A stretch of DNA of 64,000 nucleotides from Octopus sinensis. Its lineage: Eukaryota. Shown one piece after another: positions 38,701 through 52,000 of the stretch (positions are counted from its first letter, which is position 1; every line of letters begins with the position of its first letter). The stretch lies in assembly GCF_006345805.1 (NCBI RefSeq), contig NC_042997.1:140802001-140866000 (forward strand). The letters are read 5' to 3'. Below the pieces are notes generated by a model, which ran no database searches, was not told the DNA's origin, and saw nothing but the letters and a program-made list of their open reading frames with translations. A program made the position numbers and the translations under genes.

Positions 38701-41700
38701 ATGATATACAATAAGATAATCTATATTTATCTGCAGTGTGTTTAAATGGTTAAATAGTCATTTTAAATTGTCACTAGATAATCATTCTTTGTGTTTATGA
38801 TATTTTTCCTTGGATGTTGTTCTAGAATAAATACTTCTTGGTGTCTGATCAACCTGTGGATTTTGAAGGAAAACCATTGAAAGAATCTGCAATATACAGT
38901 TCGTACTGGAAAGCTAATCACCTGCCTTTGTATGGAATGGCTCAGCCGAACACTGCTAACCTGAAGAAGATTCTAGAAATGCTTTTGGCACATAGTAAAC
39001 CAGTAAGTTTGAGATTGTCTCATAACAGATCTTTCATCGTTTACATTTAACTTTTTACTTTGTTTCAATCATTGGACTGTGGCCATACTGGAGCATTGCC
39101 TTGGAGGGTTTATTAGTCCAGCAGTTCTCAACCATTTGTTATCTATGACTCTACATCGAAGAGGCCAAGGAACAGAAGAAAGAAAACATGCACCCAACAT
39201 GAGAGCTGAAGACACCTCCGAAAGTGGGTGGGGCATGCCACATCAAAACGGTAGAGGAGTAGGGGCCGAAACCAGACGGGGTTCCTCTTGATGATGTCTT
39301 GAGCTAACTGGATCCTATAAAGGAGCTGTTGTGGTAGCAGACCATGAAACACGGTTAAAATTCCTCCTATTCTGTTCTTGTGGACCCTCTTATTTTGTTT
39401 TCCACATGTTCACTTGTGTAGGTTTGCAATAGCATTCTCTGAAAGAACAAGCTCCAGTGGCTGGAAACTTGTTGAACTATGTAAAATGCTTGAGAAACAA
39501 CTTATCTGTCTCTTGCAATAAATACATCTCAAGCAAAATTTTTTCCTGGACTCTTAAAATACTATTGTCGGTCCTCTATTTACTAGTTTACTTAGTTTAT
39601 TTGTGTGGACCCCCAAAATTCTTATATGGACCCCCATAGCTCATATGGACCCAAGTTGAGGACCACAGGTTTAGTTGAATATATCAACCCTAGTACTTAT
39701 TTGTTAAGTTTGGTACATATTCTGTTAGTCCTTTTTGCCAAACCACTTAGTTACTGGGTTGTAAAAAAAACAATTGCTGTTGTCAAGCAGTGGTGAGGGG
39801 ACAAACACAAACACACACATATACATACATACATACATACATACATACATACATACATACATACACACACATACACACACACACACACACGTATGTATAT
39901 AGATATTAATATATGATAATAATGATGATATATATATATATATATATATATATTATCATCATCTTTTAACGTCTGTTTTCCATGCTAACATAGGTTGGAT
40001 GGTTCGACTGGGGTTTAGGAAGCCAGGAGGCTGTGCAAGGTTCCAGTCTGATCTGGCAGTGTTTCTACAGCTGGATGCCCTTCCTAATGCCAACCACTCT
40101 GAGTGTAGTGGGTGCAACACAGTTTCCATCTACCAAATTCATTCACAAGGCTTTGGTTAGTCCAAGGCTGTAATAGAAGACACTTGCCCAAAGTGCCATG
40201 CTGTGGAATTGAACCTAAAATCATGTGGTTGCAAAGTGAGCTACTTAATCGCACAGCCTTGCCTCTGCCTACCTACATTATCTAAGGGGAAAAGACTGAA
40301 AAGGAAAACAATAATAATCAAACATATCGTGTTGTGAAGGGAACTGCACCAGCCTCCACTGTCCTGTTTTGGCATGGTTTTTACAGCTGGCCATCAACAA
40401 CTTTTCTCCAATGTTCTTGACTCTGAGTTGTTTTTGTCTACTTCCCTCAGTTGGATCCCTGTGTCTTCAGTTCTGCCTCTGTATCATACCTCATATATTT
40501 CCCTGAGGGAAGGCCTTCCTCTCCCTGGTCTTGTTGACTTTGAATTGTCATTAATGCTTCTGTAACTCTTTATTTTTTCTGGGTAGGGCTGTTGGCCTTG
40601 CACAACCCTGTTTTTACCTCTGGGAAGGGATGAGGTGATCCATATTAGTATGGCCTCTACCCTTTGACCTGTCCGGCATGGGAGGCTCTACCAAGAGTTT
40701 GCACTCTGTTGGTGTAGACCTCAGGGTCAGTGATATGCACAAGCCATCACACTGCAACAAGGACTGAATCTGGTGGTGGACCCATTCATTTTGGTATTGT
40801 TTTCTACTTGTTTCAGCCATTAGACTGCGGCCATGCTGGGGCACTGCCTTGAAGAATTTTTAGTTGGAGGGATTGATCCCAGTACTAAATTTTTTAAGCC
40901 TGATACTTATTCTATCAGTCTCTTTTCACTGAACTGCTAAGTTACAGGGGAGATAAATACACCAACACCAGTTGTCAAGTGGTGGTAGGGGACAAAAACT
41001 GACAGAAAGACACACAGACACGCACACACATACGCATGAACACACACATGTACACACATATATATGACAGTCTTCTTTTCAGTATCTATCTATCAAATCC
41101 ACTCACAAGGTTTTGGTCAGGCTATAGTAGGAGTCACTTGCACAAAGTGAGGTGCATACAGTGGGACTGAACCCAGAACCATGTGGTTGAAAAGCAAACT
41201 TCATACCACACAGCCATGCCTGTAATTTATTAACATTAGGGTAACTCTTTCTACGGATTTACAAAAGGAAAAATAGTAAAATGTACACTCTTGAGAATGT
41301 GACTATTGATGCTGGTATGGTATGTGGTGAAGAAGGTCACTTTGTACTCACAAGGTGTTAGAATCAGTTCCATTGCATGGCACTTTAACTCTTTAGCATT
41401 CAGATTCTTTTCTACTCTCGGCGCAAGGTCCGAAATTTTTGGGGAGGGTGCCTGTCAATTAGATTGACACCAGTACACAACTGGTACTTAATTTATCAAC
41501 CCTGAAAGGCAAAGTCGACCTCAGCAGGATTTGAACTCAGAATGTAAAAACAGACAAAATACTTCATGCTAACATTTCTGCCTGCTCGCCGCCTTTAGCA
41601 TTCAGATTATCCAATCAGATGTAATTTTTATATATCAACATCATTTGAATTAATCATGCATTATCTTGTAGTTTTGAGATTTTGATAATGCAGTTGTTTA

Positions 41701-42824
41701 TCTTTAGAATTACATTCAAGGGTAGGTGTGAGAGGCGGGATATGGACAATTTGAACATAAAACAGACAGAATATTTGGGTTAGATATGGTCATTTTAAAT
41801 ATTAAAGGGTTAAGTAAGCATCTGTACTGTAGTCCCTGGCTGACCATTGGCTTGTGAGTGAATTTGATTGAGGGAAAATGCTGGAAGCTTTCAAAACCCT
41901 GGGGGATATATAAAAAAAGGCAAAAAATCCTCTGTCAATTGAAAAGTAGATAAGGGTTGGTATAGAAAGTGCATCCAATCATAAAACCTTGCCTTAAATC
42001 CTCTGTCTAACCCATACAAACACTGAAAAATACACATTCAAATGAAGGAATGACTGATTCTTGAGAAAAGAAAATAACTGCTTCAATTCAGAGTATATGT
42101 GATGTCTTCTGTTGTAGGTTTTGCTACTTAATCTGAGAGAAGAACCAGTTTTTGTACTGGCAGTCAACCAAAATGCTGAAAATGCTGTGTCTTATTCAAT
42201 TCGGACAAAGGAGGAAGTGCATGATTGCATTGTTTCAGGATTAACTGAGAAAGAGGCCAATGAACAGGAACTGACACTTCGCAAACAGGTATCTCACTTT
42301 GCTTTTCTAATTATGTTGATGTCTCCTGTTAATTTTGAATATTATGATCATAATGTATGTTAGTTGAGGGATCATGACCTAGTGGTTAGAATGTTGTGCT
42401 CAAGATTGTGAGATCATGTTTTTAATTCCTGGATTGGGTGGTGAGTTGTATTCTCAAGTAAAACACTTCATCTCAAGTTGCTCTGTAATCGCTTCAACTC
42501 CTGACATGTGGTACAATGTGCACCTGTTCAGGTGATGCTGATTTGATGGAGAGAGTGAGCTAATGTACAGCATAAACATTTAACCCTTTTGTTACTGTAT
42601 TTATTCTGAGGGTGGCACATAAAAAGCACCATCCGACTGTGGCCGTTTGCCAGCCCTGTCTAGCACGTAAAAAGCACCCACTACACTCATGGAGTGGTTG
42701 GCGTTAGGAAGGGCATCCAGCTGTAGAAACATTGCCAGATCAGACTGGGCCTGGTGCAGCCTTCTGGCTTCCTAGACCCCAGTTGAACTGTCCAACTCAT
42801 GCTAGCGTGGAAAGCGGACGCTAA

Positions 42825-42860
<36 letters not shown>

Positions 42861-45800
42861 CTTTGTGTTTCTTTTGATTACTTTAAGTATAACAAAGAAT
42901 TTAGTAAAATAACTTAGTTATCTTTCAGCTAGTGTTAGGAACATAAATTGTGACTAAGGTTTGGTGGAAGATTTTAATTCAAAACTTATGAAAACAATAC
43001 ATTTGTACTCAGAGCCAGAGCTGATTTCAGCCAGGTTGGTAATGAAAGGGTTAATCAACCACTATAAACAAATCATTTGTGCAGGTTGCTCAGCAAGAAA
43101 ATGCAGAACTGGTTCTATCATTGGAATATGTGAGAGAGACTATCGATCTATGTATATGAAGGAAATCATGATTTCATTCCTTCACACACGCATACATGCT
43201 AACATGCATGCACACATACATACCTACAACAAATACATGCACACATAAACAGAAGATAGTTATTAAATACCTGATCAACAGGTGAGATAAGGTAGGATGC
43301 CTCTAACACAGGGGTTCCCAACTGGTGGTTCCCGACCCCCCAGGAAGTCATAAAGTCTCGGTAGGGGGTTCACATAGCCTTGATCAGTCAAGTGGCCTTA
43401 ACATGTATAACTCAATACTGGTTTCAAATTTTGGTACAAAGCCAGCAAGTTTGAGGGAAATGGGTAAGTTGATCCCGGTGCACAACTAGTACTTATTGTA
43501 TCAACTCTAAAAGGATAAAATGCAAAGCTGGCCTCAGTGGTATTTGAACTCAGAACATAAAGAGAGAAGAAATGCTGCTAAGCATTTTGCTCAGCATGTT
43601 TACCACCTTAATGCATAACTCAGTATTGGTTTCGAATTGTGGCACAAGGCCAGCAAGATCAGGGCTAGGGGTTAAGTTGCTTACATCAACCCCAATACTC
43701 AACTGGTTTTTATGTTATCAACCCTGAAAAGATGAAAGGCAAAGCTGACCTTGGTGGAATTTGAACTCAGAGCATAAAGACAGACACAATGTCACTATGC
43801 ATTTTGCCCATGTGCTAACGATTCTGCCAAGCTCACCATCTTAATGTTTAACTCAAAATTAATATGACATATATAAATCAATGTAAATGCTAAAATTTTT
43901 GGATTCTTTCACAGGTTTTAAGATATGCTGCAACAAATGACAGCTTTGATTTCCCCTTTTACAACTGCCCAACTAAAGAACCATACATTTACAATGTACA
44001 GTATGAAGATTTCCTCATAACATCCAATGAAATGTATTCCAGGTTACAGTTTGAATATGCAGGTCTCAGGTAAGCATAATGTGTGCCCAGTAAACTTAAA
44101 CAGTACTACCTACTTGTTATAACCATTTACTTGGAATTTCTCTTCGTAGTTGCTAAACATGCTAGAAAAAGCAGCCAAATTTCTACTAAAATCACACTGT
44201 GGTCATGACTGTGGCCGTTGATGTGCTCATGCTTGTGCTCATGTTTGTGTAAGTGGTTGCGGTTGTGGTCGTGCATGTGGTCATGCAGTGGATGTCTTTG
44301 AGGTAGTTGTAGTTTTGTTCTTACTGGTGGATGTTCTCCTCCTCATCTTCGTGCTCATACTTTTATCTAAAATTATATTATTAGATAATATTATATACAT
44401 ACATGAAACCTGAGAAACAAAGGCTGGATGGTCATAGCTGGAAGTTACCAATCATAGATCTGTTCAGAGAGAGAGCTGTCATGGGGCTAAACAGCAACAC
44501 TCTTTTACAAATTGTGAATTGTAACATGCACTTATACACACACACTCACACACAAATATATATCCTCCTTCTCATCCATATTGTTGTCTTCCTCCTCCTC
44601 CTCCTCATCATCATTATCAGCAACAGCAGCCACCCTTCCATCCTTCACCTCATCTTCCTCCTCTTCCTCCTCTTCCTCTTCCTAGAGTGCACTCAGAGTC
44701 GTGTGCTTGTGCAACATTCTGTAGCTACTATAGCTTCCTCCTACATCTTAAAGCAAAAAGAGCTGTAAGCTATCAAAATTGATTACATGATTCCTGTTCC
44801 CTTGTCAAATCATTAATTAATATTATGCTCTGTACTTGCCTAACACTTTACTGTAAATCATATGTCTATTGAGTTCTATTATTAGTATTGCTATGCCTAG
44901 AGACTGAAAGAGAAGAAAAACAGAAAGTTTGACTCATACTGTCTTTCTTCCTCAACTGTATATGTGTTTACTTCTGTCAGTACTGCTATGTTTCAGCTTT
45001 CTGTCTCCAATTCTTTTTCCTTAACATGGTGTGGTTTGAGGGAGATTTGACTGCTGTTTCTCAGAATGGGGAAGGGGGAGTCTTCAAGATGACACAGCGT
45101 TTGGATGTCTTGCAACTGCCACCATTGGGGAAAACATTGATCATGTTCACCACATGGTGATGGATGAGAGGCGATTGACTATAAATCAAATAGCCAATGC
45201 TATTAGAATATCCTGTGAGAGAGTTGAGAATATTTTGCACAATGAACATTGCATGATGAATGTTTTTGCTTAGTGAGTGCCACGTTTTCTGATACCTGAT
45301 CAAAAACCTAGTTGATCACACCGTGGGAAAATCTGACGTTGTTTGAGGCAGATCCAGCTTGTTCCCTTGAATGTTTCTTAAGCCTAGATGAGTGTTGCCT
45401 TCATCACTTTGAGCCAGAGATAAAGAGACAATCCATGCAGTAGAAACACTCTTCCTCACCTACTCCAAAGAAGGTCATGGTTGTTTTATCTGCGGGGAAG
45501 GTGATGGCCACAGTTTTTTGGGATGCAAAAGGCATTGTATTTATCAACTATCTTCAAAAAGGCTACACAGCAACACTCTTTTACAAATTGTGAATTGTAA
45601 CATGCACTTATACACACACACTCACACACAAATATATATCCTCCTTCTCATCCATATTGATGCTGAGGCAGTTATGAAAAGTAGTCACCTGGGTCTTGCT
45701 TTATCTGGACAATGCTCCAGCACACAAGTCATTGGTTTCAATGGCTATTGTGTATGTCTGTGTCTTTGAACTGATTGATCACCCTCTCTATTCTCCTGAT

Positions 45801-46648
45801 TTGGCCCCATCTGACTATCATCTGTTCCCCAGTATGAAAAACATTTGGCTAGGAAGCAGTATCACAGTGATGATGATGTCATATCTGCTGTTGATGACTT
45901 TTCTGACCGACAGGATGAAAGCTTCTTCACCAATAAGATCCAAGCACTGCAACACTGATGGAAGTAGTGTGTGGGCCACAAGGGGGACTATGTTGAACGA
46001 TAAACCTTATTTGATCACATTCCATGAGAATACCTTGATCTACTTTTGAACTTTTCAACCAACCCTCATACAATGTGCACTGGGGCACTTTTCTTGTGTT
46101 ATTACCACCAGTAAGGTCATCAAGTAACTTGCAAGACTAATAATGTTTGGAACATAAATTAAAATGGAAATTTGTAGGAAAGTTTTAATGTTTGATCAAT
46201 TTAAACAGGAAGATTGTATGATAGAACTAGTGGCAGTCTTGAGTGGATCTGTGCAAAAGGGTTAAAATAAGAGTGGATTTGTGTCAGAGAACAAGAAGAG
46301 ATTTAACATAAGAGAGTTAGCATACCAGTGGCGGTGCCCCAGCATGGCCGCGACCTTCGGGCTAAAACAGTTTTAAGGATTTAAGGATAGGTTCATACCA
46401 AATGAGTTAAACTTCAGAGTATATCTGATACTCTTTACTCTCTTTTACTCTTTTACTTGTTTCAGTCATTTGACTGCAGCCATGCTGGAGCACCGCCTTT
46501 AATCGAGCAACTCGACCCCAGGACTTATTCTTTGTAAGCCCAGTACTTATTCTATCGGTCTCTTTTGCTGAACCACTAAGTGATGGGGACATAAACACAC
46601 CAGCATCGGTTGTCAAGCAATGCTAGGGGGACAAACACAGACACACAA

Positions 46649-46693
<45 letters not shown>

Positions 46694-48093
46694 CACACGC
46701 ACATACATATATCCGACGGGCTTCTTTCAGTTTCCGTCTATCAAATCCACTCACAAGGCTTTGGTCGGCCCGAGGCTATATAGTAGAAGACACTTGCCCA
46801 AGGTGCCATGCAGTGGGACTGAACCCGGAACCATGTGGTTGGTAAACAAGCTACTTACCACATAGCCACTCCTGATGTTTTATTTGTTTTTACTTTCAGG
46901 TATTTCAGATGGTGTATGCCATTATACTCAGCATTATCAGAAGAACAATTCGATTCTTTCATTTCATTTATGAAGGTAAATTTAAACTTTCAAAAAGTAT
47001 TCTTTTCAACATTTAAATTTAATTTGTCAAAATATTTTCGTCACATTGAGACCGCGACCTGTTCACTGACAAAACTTTGTGCTGCATCTGAGAAAGTAAC
47101 AGTTAGTTCATGATATATATGTACGTATGTATGTGTGTATGTATGTATGTATGTATGTATGTATGTATGTATGTATGTATGTATGTATGTGCGTATGTAT
47201 GTATGTGTGTACATGTATGTGCACATGCATGTGTGCATGCCTATACGCATGTATGTATGTATGTACTTATGTACTTACGTATGTATGTGAGTATTTAGGA
47301 GATGTGTAGACGTGTTTGTGTGTGTGTACATGTGTATGTACCTGTGAATGTATGTTTATGTACTGATATGTGTCAGTTCAAGTTGTATACATGACTGTTA
47401 CCTTGTTGAAGGTTGTATATATACACACATATACATTTATATAGACACACACACATATATATATGTTGAAGTGAATCTAACGGTTTTTGTGTATTTCTTA
47501 AATGGCTTATAAACACTTTCCATGCTGCAATTATTTTCATTCCAGCACACGATCTCAGATCAGGTCACTTGCTATGCAAGTACAACTCCAGTAATTTTTT
47601 GTTTTTGTGTTTATACTTCATTGTCTTTCTTTCAGTTAAGATCTCTTTATAGCTGAATAATATTTACTTTCTTTGTATCTTTTCTTCTTCCTTAAATTTT
47701 CTAACAGCCATACGTCTTTGATGTGAAGCAAACCTGCATTATTCCAGCTATACTTATTGCTAAGGACAAAAGAGATGAGCGATGTACAACTGCAATGGTT
47801 CTGTGCAGTCTCCTCTATGGCAACGTTTTTGGGTTTCCACATGAAGCCAAGTAAGTTCTAGAAAGATATATCTTTTATCGTTTAGCATTAAGACTGTGGC
47901 CATGCTGGGGCAAATGCCTTGAAGAATTTTTTTAGTTAAATGAGTTGACCCTATTACTTACTTTTTGTTAAGCCTGGTACTTATTTCATTGGTTTCTTTT
48001 GCCAAACTGCTAAGTTACAAGTATGTAAACACACTAACAAGACTTGTCAAGCAATTGTAGGGAACAGACAAAGACACACATGCACGCACACAT

Positions 48094-48130
<37 letters not shown>

Positions 48131-48963
48131 TAGAGAGAGGCCTCTTTCAGTTTCTATCTACCAAATCGATTCACAAAACGTTTGTTTGCCTGAAACAATA
48201 CTACAAGATATTTGCCTAAGGTGTCATGAAGTGGGACTGAATCTAGAACCAGGTGGTTGGGAAGTTTGTTAGTGAGGTCAGAGCAAGGCAGAAAAACAGT
48301 GGGGTCAACGAGTCTCTTTTGACTTGTAATTCATTTTCCAGTATTACATGGTTTTATTTTTTTAATGACGTGTGATTCATTTTTCAGTGTTATGCTGGTT
48401 TATTATTATCATTATTATTATTATTATTATTGAATGAGAGAGCAGTGCATGCCATCAAAGTGACACTGGGGTAAAATACACGAAGCCCAGTATACTCATC
48501 ATGACTACCCGTCTGATGAGGGTACACTAGGCACATGCATCACAACCATTTGTGCGTGACATGGTGATCTCATATTAAGATAAACAGCACACGACCTTGC
48601 AGGTGGGGTCCAGTTAGAATTTTCTTCTGGTCGAGTAGCCCATCCCACTCAAAAGGTCCCTGAATAAGGGTTACTTAAGGATGTTGAACGAAACACCCAT
48701 GTTTCCAGAGGTGAATTATTCAAACCCCAAAGAATCCCTCTCAACACATGGCTATGATGCTCCCCCACTATTTCTGCCCGTGATCAGAGATGCACATATC
48801 GTCAGCCACTAAGGGACATGCTCAACTGGTTAGGTCAAACAACTGACAAGCAAATCTGTGGTATTGAGCAGAATATTTGCTGTAGCCCATCTTTTATACC
48901 AAGACAAAACAATGTACAGAATAGCACTTCCAATCAGTTAAGATCATATTATTATTATTATTA

Positions 48964-49013
<50 letters not shown>

Positions 49014-52000
49014 GCCTTTAACTTTCAGCTCTTCACCAGCCAAAATCAATCCAAAGAAGCCATGCTATGAAAAAGGAGAATTCCAAGCAATTAGATCCTT
49101 GGTGTCTTTGTTACCAGATGGTTTGTTGCGAAAACAACAGGTAAATGGAACCGACTTCTACTTTATATAAAAATAAGGCCTTCAGTTTTAGCAGGCAGGT
49201 GTTAGTCAGTTTCATGCTTCCAAGGACTTGAATGGTACTTTATTTTATCCATCCTGAAAGTATGAAAAGCAGAACTATTATGGATGAGTGCCTGTTAAAT
49301 GTAAATGTAACATTGGTACTTTGATTGTTTTTATTTTGTGTGTTTATTACAAATTAATTATAGTCAGACAAATCCTTAGCACACAATAGCAAATGTGTCT
49401 TTAGCTATTTACATATAGGAACAGAAATTCCAACTGAGGTTGAATGACTGAAACACTGAGGAGGCTTAATCACATTGAAACATGTGTGCATGTGTGTGGC
49501 CATCATCTAACGTTATTCAGTCTGGTTTGATGTGTTTTTACACACAAAGTCTATAAGGAGAACCTTTTCTCTGAGACAACAATCTTGTAGCAAATATCTT
49601 CACTAGCATGTGATAAATATTAATGTACACATTGTTAAATTTTCAACAGTTTCAGGGAAGTTTTTAATGCCCCACCAGTACCATACATGGAAACATAGAA
49701 TTAAATCAGTGCATTAGATTTGATCTGCAAGTTGTAGCTTGTTAAACCCTGATTTATAAGAAACTGTTGTTATTGCTATTATATTTAAGGTGGGCTGGCA
49801 GAATTGTTAGCATGCTGGACAAATGCTTAATGATATTTCTTCCAGCTTTCTATGTTCTGAGTTCAAATTTTGCTGAGGTTGACTTTGCTTTTCACCCTTT
49901 CAGGGTTGATAAAATAAGTACCAGTTGAGTACTGGGATCAATTGTAATTGACAATCCTCTCCACCAAAATTTCCACCTTATGCCTACACTAAAACGAATT
50001 ATAACATTTTCAACAGATTTTTGTTTTTTTGGTGGATTTCTATTACATTATCAGTTGTATTGCTGTGCTCCTGAGATCTGTACAGCATTGTCTTTCAGGA
50101 ATGTAGATCTTTGTATATTATGTGTTGCAACCTTTTGATCCCGGTCTGGCTTCTGTTCAAAAGATAAATTCCTCCCTTCATTATTCAAGTTTATGAGGCA
50201 CTCAAAAGGGTCCTCAACTCATTATGACATTAAGAAAAAAAAAACCCAGAGTAAGAGATGACTAATTCAACTATGTACTGGGTAACCAACACAAAAATCA
50301 ATAATTGTATCCTGTCACCAACACCATGATATTGGTGAAAGTTTTAGTAATAATATTCAGTCTACTCTAACCAGTGAGTGAATATCATTTACTTAACTTA
50401 AGCCCTTTGTTCCCTATGGAGCATGGGCTGTTGATGACTTTTCTCCTCTGTTCTCGACTCTGGGGATGTTTTTTTGCTTCTTTTCAGTTGCTTCCCTGCT
50501 TTTTCAGCTTCACCACAGTATTTTACATATATTTCCCTGAGGGAAGGCCTTCATTTCCAAAGTTATGCTGGCTTTGAATTGTCATCAATGATTCTGTAAC
50601 TTTACATTTCCTAGGTAGGAATGTTGGCCCTATGCAAACCCATTTTTACTTCTGAGAAGGAGTGAAGTGAGTCATATTAGTTTGGCCCCTGTTCTTTGAC
50701 CTGTCCAGCATCGAAGGCTCTACCAGGATTTTGCACTTTGCTGGCATAGCTCTCAAGGTCATTGAGGTACACAAGCCACCACATTGCAGCAAGGACTGGA
50801 CTTTGTGCTAGAAATAGAGTGAGTTGCATAGGTAAATTGATGAGTCTTTTTTTTTTAGTATGTAGTGCTGATTAAAACACCTCCTGTAACATAAATTGGT
50901 ATATAAAGATGACATCTTAATATTTCAGCAAGTAGTTAGAGGATTCACCCCCCACCCCCAAGAAACCCCAGGAAATTATTTTTGCACATTTCTTGAATAT
51001 TCTGTCTGTTTCAGGTTGATGTTGTCATAGATATGTGTTGTGCTGAAGGACAAAATCTACGATTTTGTATACTACATGCTAAAAATTTGGTTTCTAAATT
51101 GTTAGAAAACCAGCAAGTAAGTTTGTTTTATATCTAAAAATTTTCTTTTTAAAATGTTTCTTGAAATTCCAGCCTATGATGCCATGTGTTTATGTGTCAT
51201 GCACATGTCTTATAACTAGTGCACAAAGGGTAAACAATTTGTGCTCAAGGCTTCCAAAATTAAATATTTTTTGTTAATTCAAGTTGGTTATTCTCATGGC
51301 TGTACACATACTTTGTGGAGAAAGACAAAATTTTCACACCACGAAATTTTTGTCTGTATACAAAATTAGTAGGAACATTAGTTATGAATAATGCGGGGGT
51401 TGAAACGATCATAATGTAAACTTTTGATTAAAAAATATATAAGTTATAGACACAGGTGTGGCTGTGTGGTAAGAAGCTTGCTCCTCAATCACATGGTCCC
51501 TGGTTCAGTCCCACTGTGTGGCACCTCGGCCAAGTGTCTTCTCCTATAGCCTCCTGCTGACCAAAGCCTTGTGAGTGGATGTGGTGGACAGAAACTGAAA
51601 GAAGCCTATCGTATATATATTAGGGTGGAGTGAAAAATGCAACTTTCGAAATTGGTAACCAAGAATTAATATTTTGTTGTGAATTAGGGTTAAAAGAAAG
51701 GTGTATAAAGAACTTTGCAGTCAAATATTTATTTCAGGCTCCACAACGCAATTGAAAATTTTTTAAATCGCTATTTTAGGTTGAATTTTGGATTTCATGG
51801 ATGACAAGTCATAACAAATACATATTTCTACATAGCAGAATGCAAAACAGTAAATATAGTATCCTTAAGAGGTTGCATACCAAGTTTCAATAAAATAGAC
51901 TATAAAGAGAACAGGAATGTGAACTTCTCTCCAGGGTCACTGCAACGGTCATTGTATGTGAATGTACATCGTACATGTGTGAAGTTTTCTGCTTTGTACC

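Noticed and set aside
47783-47785. Cys after the P-loop Arg as a relocated nucleophile
   Set aside because: It occupies the Thr/Ser position after the Arg (start of the helix), not the nucleophile position 6 residues before it.
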